64,000 bases of DNA from an uncultured Clostridia bacterium (GTDB lineage: Bacteria; Bacillota; Clostridia; Christensenellales; Borkfalkiaceae): assembly GCA_934272745.1 (NCBI GenBank), contig CAKQSI010000003.1, positions 21,420-85,419 of the forward strand, read 5' to 3'. Position 1 is the stretch's first letter. Each line of letters opens with the position of its first letter. Of this stretch, positions 29,458 through 37,471 are shown piece by piece. Both the position numbers and the translations under genes were made by a program. The notes beneath the pieces are model-generated. The model ran no database searches and was not told the origin of the DNA. It saw nothing but the letters and a program-made list of their open reading frames with translations.

Positions 29458-29876
29458 AGTGAACGAGGACGTAAGGCGATCGTTTGCCGTCAGCCGGGCA
29501 GGCAGAAGCGGGTGGTTTTAAGAAACCGTGTAATGCCGCAAGGAAAGCGTGCGGCGAATAAAAGATATCGCGCGGCGCGCGAAATATACCGGACGTAAAA
29601 GAAAAGATATAACGTAAAAAGAAAAGGGGGGTCATAAAATGGGCGCCCCCCCCATTTTATAAATAAAATTCCGTACTGCACAAATAAAATTCCGTACCGC
29701 GGAAAGGCGAGCGGCTTATCCGCGGGCGCCTTCTATTTGTTGTTTTCATCGCGCGTTCCGCTTTTTGAATCGGGTACGGGCGTTAAGTACAACCGGCTCG
29801 GAAACGGTGAAGCGAACGGTCCATAAACGCTGAAACGGACGATAAAACCTTTCCGCCTTCCGTGTTCCGAAAATCC

Positions 29877-30374
29877 TTACTTCACGCGGAGCGCAGCCAT
29901 GCCGCCCAGTCCGGCAACAAAGCCGCCGATAACCGAAAGCAGCACGCCGACGTCCCAACGGGGTTTCGCCGAGTCGCCCAGATACTCGCTGAGGTTGTAT
30001 TCGCCGAAGCATTTTACGGTAAAAATGATCAGAAGCACTGCCGCAACAATGGTCAGGAGAGCGGCAAGCAGACCGATCAGGTCAAGTTTGATCTTGGTAA
30101 ATCTGCAGACGACGACCAGTATGACGGTTAAAATCGCAAGTCCCATCAAAACGTACGCAAACGCTTGCATGGCTTTGAAGCCTTCCGCATCCTGATTCAT
30201 ATCGCCCATGGCGAGGTGATAGGTTTTGTCTCCGACAAAGGGAATGTTTTTTACTTTGAAGAACATCCAGTCGAGAAAGGGTCCGACGCCTGCCATTACG
30301 GCGCCTGCGAGAGTAAAGATCAGGGCGATTGCCGCCGCGATCGAGAACGATGCCTTCTTTTTTCTTTTAGCCAT
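29877..30374 (-). CDS. Small integral membrane protein (about 4 TM), unknown function
   Basis: I prefer ATG 30374 (MAKRKKKASFSIAAAIALIF...) with a GAAAGGAGAA RBS over the ORF-track start 30422. Four hydrophobic segments. Confidence 0.65.
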   Translation of the reverse strand: MAKRKKKASFSIAAAIALIFTLAGAVMAGVGPFLDWMFFKVKNIPFVGDKTYHLAMGDMNQDAEGFKAMQAFAYVLMGLAILTVILVVVCRFTKIKLDLIGLLAALLTIVAAVLLIIFTVKCFGEYNLSEYLGDSAKPRWDVGVLLSVIGGFVAGLGGMAALRVK

Positions 30375-30454
30375 AAATTTTTCTCCTTTCGGGATATTCC
30401 CGGTTTTCGATGGCGGGCGCAAGACGACGCGCCGTTCCGCATTCGGGTGTCGGC

Positions 30455-30532
30455 ATTATACCATAAGGAAAAGGGAATTTCCACAATTTTGCCATAAAAA
30501 TTTTCCACAAATTGTATTTGCGGTGTGGAAAA
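30455..30532 (-). promoter_or_regulatory. Extended -10 promoter plus three TTCCACAA-type boxes upstream of the small membrane-protein gene
   Basis: The minus strand reads TGGTATAAT (plus-strand 30455-30463). TTCCACAA occurs at 30479-30486 and 30503-30510, with an inverted TGTGGAA at 30524-30530. Together these give TTTTCCACA-N14-TGTGGAAAA. Confidence 0.5.
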
Positions 30533-30678
30533 CTACGGGGGTGTATCGATATTTCCTCCTTTTATGCCGTCTGTAAAAGGGGATTTTTCTGCCAGAGCGG
30601 GGGTAAAGTTCCGTGCGGTTTGCCTCGCTATGGCGGCATGCTGGGGTGCTGCGCTACCCCGGACTGCGCCCGGAAAAG

Positions 30679-31677
30679 TCAGCCGTCAAGACAACTTTTC
30701 AGGAAGCGCTCCGCGTTCTTTTCCATGATCTTTTCCGCCGCGGCGGAGCCGAACGCGCCGGAGATCGCTTCAAAAACGCATTCGGTCAAAGGGGCGTCCG
30801 CGCGGTATTCTTCGGCGTAAACGCCGCCCGTTCCGTCGAAATCGCTGCCGAGAGCGATCGCTTCCACGCCGAACCGGTCGATCCCGTAGCGGACGTGCGC
30901 CAAAAAGGGGCTGTCTGCCGCATTTTTTGCAAGGCAACAGCGGGGCGAACCGTTTCCCGCAAGGGAAAGCGCGTCTTCCGCACGGGAAAGGGAACTTTCC
31001 GCACGGGAAGCAAGAAAGGGAGGATATAACGGAATCCCGATCACGCCGCCGCGGTCCGCCACCCGTTTTGCCGTGCGGTCGGAAAGGTTCCGCGGGTGGG
31101 GCGTGACCGCATAAAACGCGGAGTGGGAAGCGTATACGCCGCGCTTTGCTTCGATCGACACCCGTTCCGCGGACGAAAACGACAGGTGCGACAGGTCGAG
31201 GATAAGCCTTAGCCGGTTGCATTCTTCCAAAAACGCCTCTCCTTTTCCGGTCAGCCCGTAATCGGTTTCGGCGTCCCAGCCGGCGGCAAGTTCGTTGGAT
31301 TTCCAGCACAGGGAAACCGAAAAAACGCCGCGGCTTTTCCATAGGGTAAGCAGCCGTTTGTCTGCAAGTAGTCCTGCCGTTCCCTCTAAGGCAAGGAGAA
31401 CCTGCGGCTGGGCGGAAATTGCCGGATTTTGGGGCGCTGGTACCGAAAAACGGGTGACGTACCCCTCTTTTTCGGCACGCAGCAAGGCTTCGTACTGGCG
31501 TTGCACGGTTAAAAAAGCGGCGTATTTCGTGGGTTGGTCGCCCCCGAACAGGGCAAAAATTTTGCATTCCCCGCGCGGGGAAAACAGGGCGGGGCGGGTG
31601 AACAGCAGGCGGAATTCTTTTTCGCCTTTGCAATTTGCGGCGAGCGACAAGGTGTCGGAATGAAGATCGAACAGCAT
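30679..31677 (-). CDS. Membrane dipeptidase (peptidase family M19)
   Basis: MLFDLHSDT, LDLSHLS, ASHSAFYAVTPHPRNLSD, GGVIGI and LGSDFDG are the metal-ligand and family motifs of M19 dipeptidases. Confidence 0.85.
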   Translation of the reverse strand: MLFDLHSDTLSLAANCKGEKEFRLLFTRPALFSPRGECKIFALFGGDQPTKYAAFLTVQRQYEALLRAEKEGYVTRFSVPAPQNPAISAQPQVLLALEGTAGLLADKRLLTLWKSRGVFSVSLCWKSNELAAGWDAETDYGLTGKGEAFLEECNRLRLILDLSHLSFSSAERVSIEAKRGVYASHSAFYAVTPHPRNLSDRTAKRVADRGGVIGIPLYPPFLASRAESSLSRAEDALSLAGNGSPRCCLAKNAADSPFLAHVRYGIDRFGVEAIALGSDFDGTGGVYAEEYRADAPLTECVFEAISGAFGSAAAEKIMEKNAERFLKSCLDG

Positions 31678-31913
31678 ACCTTTACTATATGCCGTCGTGC
31701 GGCGAAAATGAAACCCGGTTTCGGAAATTTTGTAAAAACGTTGCCGGGCGTTGGGTTACGGGCGGAAATTTGCGCGCAAAATCCCGTCTTTCCGTATGAA
31801 GCGGCGGTCTTTCGGTAATGCTATTTTCAGGGAAAGGGGCTGGCGTGCGGGCGGATTACCCGGCGTCAGGACCCAAAAATTTTCCGCAAAAAACCGAAAA
31901 ACAGGGGGACGCT

Positions 31914-32063
31914 ATGTCAAAAAAGAGATCCGGAGTAAAAAGAATCACCGAAAAACAGTACGGGGAATACCTGATGGCGCTGAAAGAGGAACGCCCCGTT
32001 TTCACGAAAGATGAACTGGAGTTTTCCGAAGCGCAATCCTCGCGGGGGAAGAAGCCGGAATAA
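31914..32063 (+). CDS. Possible small basic protein (49 aa), hypothetical
   Basis: ATG 31914 preceded by a weak GGGGGA RBS. It encodes MSKKRSGVKRITEKQYGEYLMALKEERPVFTKDELEFSEAQSSRGKKPE. The composition is protein-like, but there is no homology support, and the stop codon sits inside a tandem repeat. Confidence 0.3.
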   Translation: MSKKRSGVKRITEKQYGEYLMALKEERPVFTKDELEFSEAQSSRGKKPE

Positions 32064-32530
32064 GGCTGCGGAACCCGGAATAAGGCTGCGGGGGATTCGG
32101 CGTTTCGTCAGGAATTTTATCTTCCGTGCGCCGATTATCGAAAGGGAGTCCGAGCCCCTTTCTTGCGGGGAAAAGGCGACCGAACCCCTTTCTTGCGGGG
32201 AAAAGGCGACCAAACCCCTTTCTCGCGGGCGCCCGGTCTGCCGGGGAATCAGGTCAAAATTTCAGCGAGAGCCGCGGCTTGGCTTGCCGGCGGGAAAGTT
32301 GAAATTTCAGCGAGGGCCGCGGCGGGGTCTGGCGGTCGGGATAACCCCTCAAATTTTAGCACAAGTCCCGGCTTGGCTTGCCGGCGGGAAAGTTGAAATT
32401 TCAGCGAAAGCCGCGGCGGGGTCTGGCGGTCGGGATAACCCCTCAAATTTTAGCACAAGTCCCGGTTCGGTCTGCCGGTTGGGAAAAGTAAGAATTTCAG
32501 CGAGAGTCCCGGTTCGGTCTGCTGGTTGGA
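32055..32530. repeat. Compound minisatellite (20-, 30- and 94-bp units)
   Basis: CCGGAATAAGGCTGCGG twice (32055, 32075). CCCCTTTCTTGCGGGGAAAAGGCGACC(G/A)AA about 2.7 times from 32155. A 94-bp unit occurs twice (32275, 32369) with degenerate partial copies on both sides. Confidence 0.95.
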
Positions 32531-33064
32531 CTGGGATATGGAAGAAAAATAAGTGTGCAAGGGGCGGCGCCCGCGGAATTTTCCGCGAGCGCCGTTCTTT
32601 TATCCCCGGCAGAACCGTTTACGAAAAACCGGAGAAAAAGACGTATTCCGTCGCAAAGCCGCGCATTTTGGGGAATGCGAAAAAAACCTGCAATTTTCTT
32701 TCTCTTTACTTGTGTTTTCCGCGGGGATATGGTATACTGCCAAAGTATGGGGTACGCTTCGCTATAATATGATAAGCGCATGGGAAGGCTGTTTTTGCCG
32801 CTTTCGCGATCCGCCGCGTGGTGGCGGAAGTCTGTTTTTGCAAGACGGAAAGCCCCTGCGCGGGCAAGAAGCCGCGGCAGCCGCCCGACACTGCTACGCT
32901 ATGTAAAACCACGGCAGTCGTTTCATAGCATTGTCCCGGCAAAAGACCTGCGGCAGGCGCCCGGCTCGGCTATGTAAAGCCGCAATAGTTCCGCCGGCTC
33001 GGTTACACGAAACCGCGGCAGCCGTCCGACAGACCGCACTCCGGAATTTTACCGACAAAAAACC

Positions 33065-33097
33065 GCGGAAAGCCTTGTCTTGGCGCTTCCGCTTTTT
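33065..33097 (+). terminator. Terminator-like hairpin immediately upstream of the asnS RBS (possible attenuator)
   Basis: GCGGAA(A)GC ... GCGCTTCCGC stem followed by TTTTT, then GGAGAAAGAG and ATG 33109. Confidence 0.45.
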
Positions 33098-33108
33098 GGA
33101 GAAAGAGT

Positions 33109-34503
33109 ATGAAAAGAACCGAACTCAAGCAAATTTTTTCAGCGCCCGAAAAATTCGGCGATCAGACCGTAACGGTTGCCGGCTGGGTGCGCACCCTGCG
33201 CGACGGAAAGGCTTTTGCCTTTATCGAACTCAACGACGGCAGTTACCTCAAAAACTGCCAGATCGTTGCCGAGCGCGACCTGCTTTCCAACTACGACGCG
33301 GTCGTGAAACAGAACGTCGGCGCGGCGCTGGTCGTGACCGGCAAAGTCGTTCTGACGCCCGAAAACAAGCAGCCGTTTGAAATCAAGGCCGAGGACGTTT
33401 TTGTCGAAGGGGAATCCACGCCCGATTATCCCATGCAGAAAAAGCGCCACTCGCTGGAATTCCTGCGCGAGATCGCTCACCTTCGCCCGCGTACCAACAC
33501 GTTTGAAGCGGTCTTCCGCATCCGGAGCGAAGCGGCGTTCGCCATTCACAAATTCTTTAACGACAACAACTTTGTGTACGTTCACACGCCCATTATCACT
33601 TCCAGCGACTGCGAAGGCGCCGGCGCGATGTTTCAGGTCACCACGCTGGATATGAACGCCCTGCCGAAAAATGAAAACGGCAAGGTGGATTACACCAAAG
33701 ACTTCTTCCAGAAGCCCGTTTCGCTGACCGTATCGGGGCAACTCAACGTCGAAACCTACGCCATGGCGTTTGGTAAAGTGTACACGTTCGGACCGACCTT
33801 CCGTGCGGAACGCAGCAATACCACCCGGCACGCGGCGGAATTCTGGATGATCGAACCCGAAATGGCGTTTGCCGACCTGACCGATTATATGGACACGGCG
33901 GAAGCCATGGTCAAATTCGTCATTCGTTACGTGATGGAATCCTGCAAGGAAGAGATCGCGTTTTTAAACCGCTTCGTGGATACGGGACTTGTGGAACGGC
34001 TGAAAAACGTGGAAAGCAACGATTTCGTCCGTCTTTCGTATACCGAAGCGGTCGGGATTCTCGAAAAAGTCAAGGATCGGTTTGAATTCCCCGTTTACTG
34101 GGGCGCCGATCTCCAGAGCGAACACGAGCGCTACCTTACCGAAGAAGTGTACAAAAAGCCGGTGTTCCTGACCGATTATCCCAAGGAGATCAAAGCCTTT
34201 TATATGCGCCTGAACGACGACAAAAAGACGGTCGCCGCGGCGGATATGCTGGTGCCCGGCATCGGAGAACTGATCGGCGGCAGCCAGAGAGAAGAGCGCA
34301 TGGACGTCCTTCTGAATCGCATGGAAGAAATGGGATTGAAAGCCGAAGACTACAAGTTCTATACCGATCTCAGAAAATACGGCGGCTGCAAGCACGCGGG
34401 CTTCGGTCTCGGGTTCGAACGCATGATCATGTACTTAACCGGCATCGGCAACATTCGCGACGTAGTGCCTTTCCCGCGGACGGTCAACAACTGCGAGTAT
34501 TAA
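33109..34503 (+). CDS. asnS: Asparagine--tRNA ligase
   Basis: N-terminal OB domain ([25 protein letters not shown]). Class II core [36 protein letters not shown] and GFGLGFERM. The length (464 aa) fits AsnRS. Confidence 0.93.
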   Translation: MKRTELKQIFSAPEKFGDQTVTVAGWVRTLRDGKAFAFIELNDGSYLKNCQIVAERDLLSNYDAVVKQNVGAALVVTGKVVLTPENKQPFEIKAEDVFVEGESTPDYPMQKKRHSLEFLREIAHLRPRTNTFEAVFRIRSEAAFAIHKFFNDNNFVYVHTPIITSSDCEGAGAMFQVTTLDMNALPKNENGKVDYTKDFFQKPVSLTVSGQLNVETYAMAFGKVYTFGPTFRAERSNTTRHAAEFWMIEPEMAFADLTDYMDTAEAMVKFVIRYVMESCKEEIAFLNRFVDTGLVERLKNVESNDFVRLSYTEAVGILEKVKDRFEFPVYWGADLQSEHERYLTEEVYKKPVFLTDYPKEIKAFYMRLNDDKKTVAAADMLVPGIGELIGGSQREERMDVLLNRMEEMGLKAEDYKFYTDLRKYGGCKHAGFGLGFERMIMYLTGIGNIRDVVPFPRTVNNCEY

Positions 34504-34930
34504 AAAGGTACCGCATAAGCCGGAGGATTTACGGCGATTGCGAAAAGCGGTCGGGAGTTCGATTCCCGCTCAGGCAAAGAATTTTGCGGGGCGGGCGTTT
34601 TAGCGGAGGCTTTCGGTTTTTTACAGGCGAACCCCCCGGCTTTTACCGGCGGGCGGCAACGCCGAAAGTTTCAGGACGAGCGGCAAAAGCCTTAGGCGGA
34701 CTGAGGCGATACGTGGCGGGTTTCCGGGAGGAAAAGTCTGCGGCGGCTTGCGGCGATATGCGGCGCGGCTGCGCGTTCCGCGGGCAGTTTACTGCAAGCA
34801 GCAGGCGCGGAAAAACTGAACCAAAGAGTAAATTTTGCGTGCGGCGCCCGAGCGCCGCACGCATAAGTGCGAAAAGGACGTCTTTTCGGTAGACGGAATG
34901 AGGGATGAAATCCCTACGGAGAAACTGCAA

Positions 34931-35950
34931 ATGAAAATTATCGTCGACGTATGCGGGGGAGATTTCCCGGAAGAAGTAGTCAAAGGCGCGATTCTTTCCC
35001 TTGCGGAAGGGGAAGGGTTCACCATTGTTTTGGCGGGAGATCCCGAAAAGATCGGGAAAGTTCTCGAGGGAATGGCTTACGACAAAGCGCGGGTGGAAAT
35101 CCTCACCGCGACGGAAGAGATCACCTGCAACGACGAACCCACCGTCGCCGTCCGGAAAAAGACCGAATCTTCGCTCGTGAAAGCGCTCGACGTGCTGCGC
35201 ACCGACGAGGAAGCGGCGGGGCTGATTTCCGCAGGCAGCACCGGCGCGGTTCTTGCGGGCGGATTTATGAAGATCGGGCGGCTGAAAGGGGTTTCCCGTC
35301 CGGCGCTTGCGCCCATTCTGCCCACGCTCACGGGCGGAAAGGTAGTGCTTTGCGACAGCGGCGCCAACGCCGATTGCAAGCCGGTCAATCTGTGTCATTT
35401 CGCCGTGATGGCGGCGGCGTATTGCCGGGCGGCGCTGAAAGTGGAAAAACCGCGGGTCGCTCTTCTTTGCAACGGGACGGAAGACGAAAAGGGGAATTTT
35501 TTGACCAAGGAAGCATTCCCTCTGATTGCGGAAATCCCCGGCATCGATTTCAAAGGCAATATGGAAGCGCGCGACCTTTTGTCCGGCAATTACGACGTGG
35601 TGGTTGCGGACGGATTTGCCGGCAACGTGGCGCTGAAAGGGACGGAAGGCGGCGTTTCCGCCGTGATGACGCTTTTAAAAGCGGGCATTAAAAAATCTTT
35701 CCGCGCAAAACTGGGCGCGTTGCTCTTAAAACCCGTGTTCTACGACCTCAAAAAGCGTATGGACGTCAACGGTCAGGGCGGGGCGCCCCTCCTCGGGCTG
35801 AAAAAACCCGTTTTGAAAGTACACGGTTCGGCAAAAGCGAAAGCGGTGACGGGCGCGGTATTGCAGGTAAAAGCCCTGCGCGACTACGGCATGAACGACC
35901 GCATTGCGGAAGACCTTGCGCGGCTTGCCCCCGCGGAAGAGGAAGCGTAA
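34931..35950 (+). CDS. plsX: Phosphate acyltransferase PlsX
   Basis: MKIIVDVCGGDFPEEVVKGA..., GSTGAVLAGG, GFAGNVALKGTEG. I prefer ATG 34931 (GGAGAAA RBS) over the ORF-track start 34835. Confidence 0.92.
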   Translation: MKIIVDVCGGDFPEEVVKGAILSLAEGEGFTIVLAGDPEKIGKVLEGMAYDKARVEILTATEEITCNDEPTVAVRKKTESSLVKALDVLRTDEEAAGLISAGSTGAVLAGGFMKIGRLKGVSRPALAPILPTLTGGKVVLCDSGANADCKPVNLCHFAVMAAAYCRAALKVEKPRVALLCNGTEDEKGNFLTKEAFPLIAEIPGIDFKGNMEARDLLSGNYDVVVADGFAGNVALKGTEGGVSAVMTLLKAGIKKSFRAKLGALLLKPVFYDLKKRMDVNGQGGAPLLGLKKPVLKVHGSAKAKAVTGAVLQVKALRDYGMNDRIAEDLARLAPAEEEA

Positions 35951-36020
35951 AAAGGGCAAAGGGGACGGCTGCTTTCGGCGCCGGAACCTCAGGGCAAACG
36001 AAAAACAAGAAGGAAACGAT

Positions 36021-37229
36021 ATGATATTTGATTTAGCGGAATGCGAAGAGATCGTAGGATATTCTTTTCGCGACAAACAACTGCTCCGCACGGCGTTTAC
36101 GCACACTTCTTATGCCAACGAGCATAATTCCAAAAGTTACGAACGCATGGAGTACCTCGGGGACGCGCTGCTCGACCTTATCGTGGCAGAGTACCTCTAT
36201 AAAAAATATCCCGCCGCGGGGGAAGGCGAACTTTCGACCAAACGCGCGAAACTGGTTTCGCAGGCGCCCTTAAAAGAGATCGCGAAAAACCTCAATATGG
36301 GGAGTTGCGTTCTCCTCGGGGACGGCGGCGAAAAAAGCGGAGAACGGGAAAACGACAAAATTCTTTCCAGCCTGATCGAATCGGCGCTGGCGGCGGTCTA
36401 TCTCGACGGCGGTATGGAACCCGCCCGTCGGTTTGTGGAAAACCGCATTTTGTGCCACGCGGACGACATTCTGCGCGCTTCGGGCGATTATAAGACCGAA
36501 CTGCAGGAATTCGTGCAGAAAAACCACATGGGTGCGGTTTCGTACCGCGAAGAGGGCAAAAGCGGGCCCGACCACAGCCCGATGTTCGAATGTTCGGTTT
36601 CCCTCGGCGGAACCGAACTTGCCCGCGGCAAAGGCGGCAAAAAACAGCAGGCGGAACAGGATGCGGCAAGGCTTGCGCTCGCGCAACTGAAAGCCTCCGT
36701 CAAACCCGAACCCGCCGCAAAGACCGAAACGCCCGCCGAACCGGCGCAAAAAAAGCGCGCGGGAAGAAAGGAAAAACGCCCCGGCGAGGTGCGCGTCCTT
36801 TCTTTGGTAGAAGACTATAACGAAGGCGCCGCGGAAGATAAAACGGACGCGGGATTTACTAAAAAGGCGCAAAACGGCGCCGGCAAAAAGGGCGCGAAAA
36901 CGCAGGACGTAGCCGCGAAATCCGATAAAAAGAAGAAAAACGGCGACAAAAAGCAAGGCTCCGTTTTCCATAAAAAACCGGCGGCAAACCTTGCGGAAAA
37001 TTCCGCAAAAACCGGCGCAAAGCCGGGCAAAGCGGCAAAGGCAAAATCGCTCGCCGAAAAGCAGGAAAAACCGGCTGCGCCCGCGGGTAATGCGGCAAAG
37101 CAGGCTTCCGGAAAAACCGAAAAACCGGCTGCCCCTGCCGAAAAGCAGGTAAAGCCCGAAAAGAAAAAGCGCACGCTGCTCGGCTTTATCGGCAACAGCA
37201 AAACAGGCGGCGAGGGGACCCCGCTTTAA
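36021..37229 (+). CDS. rnc: Ribonuclease III with a lysine/alanine/proline-rich C-terminal extension of about 170 aa
   Basis: FTHTSYANE and ERMEYLGDALLDLIVAEYLY form the RNase III signature. The dsRBD runs DYKTELQEFVQ...AEQDAARLALAQL. A tail of K/A/P repeats (AKPGKAAKAKSLAEKQEKPAAPAGNAAKQ...) follows. ATG 36021 is in frame with ORF 35904. Confidence 0.92.
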   Translation: MIFDLAECEEIVGYSFRDKQLLRTAFTHTSYANEHNSKSYERMEYLGDALLDLIVAEYLYKKYPAAGEGELSTKRAKLVSQAPLKEIAKNLNMGSCVLLGDGGEKSGERENDKILSSLIESALAAVYLDGGMEPARRFVENRILCHADDILRASGDYKTELQEFVQKNHMGAVSYREEGKSGPDHSPMFECSVSLGGTELARGKGGKKQQAEQDAARLALAQLKASVKPEPAAKTETPAEPAQKKRAGRKEKRPGEVRVLSLVEDYNEGAAEDKTDAGFTKKAQNGAGKKGAKTQDVAAKSDKKKKNGDKKQGSVFHKKPAANLAENSAKTGAKPGKAAKAKSLAEKQEKPAAPAGNAAKQASGKTEKPAAPAEKQVKPEKKKRTLLGFIGNSKTGGEGTPL

Positions 37230-37233
37230 GGTT

Positions 37234-37358
37234 TTTTTCCGGCAAGCCGGGCATTGAGAGAAACGCTCTTTCAATGGTTTTTCCGGCAAGCCGGGCGAAA
37301 AAGCAACTCGCCCGGATAAGCCGGGCGAAAAAGTAATTTACCCCGGCAAGCCGGGCGG
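37234..37358. repeat. Degenerate tandem repeats carrying CCGG(C/A)(A/T)AAGCCGGGC hairpins
   Basis: Copies at 37239, 37283, 37312 and 37343. CCGGGCGAAAAAG..(30-bp period) at 37291 and 37321. Confidence 0.85.
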
Positions 37359-37471
37359 CAGAGAAGGTTTTGCCTCCGGTCGGCGAAAAGATATAAAAAC
37401 GGCGCCCTCGGCGCTTGATCAAAAGATTATAGAAAGAAGAAAACGCAAAAACAAAAAGGAGGAAGACGAAA

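Noticed and set aside
29634-29660. Bidirectional terminator between the convergent lipoprotein and membrane-protein genes (ATAAAATGGG / CCCATTTTAT hairpin)
   Set aside because: The stem is mostly A-T with only three G-C pairs and a C-rich 7-nt loop. It is plausible but too weak to call as a feature.
32770-33064. Canonical T-box riboswitch upstream of asnS
   Set aside because: I could not find the conserved T-box 14-mer or Stem I motifs by eye. CGCGTGGTGGCGG at about 32812 resembles GGTGG only superficially and sits at the wrong end of the leader. The leader is kept as a finding of unknown attenuator type pending a covariance-model scan.
34552-34568. tRNA-like T-arm (CGGGA-GTTCGAT-TCCCG) downstream of asnS, a possible tRNA gene or integration-site remnant
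   Set aside because: No matching acceptor 5' strand, D-arm or anticodon arm can be drawn from the upstream 80 nt. There is no CCA or discriminator context, and no integrase is nearby. It is probably a chance hairpin.
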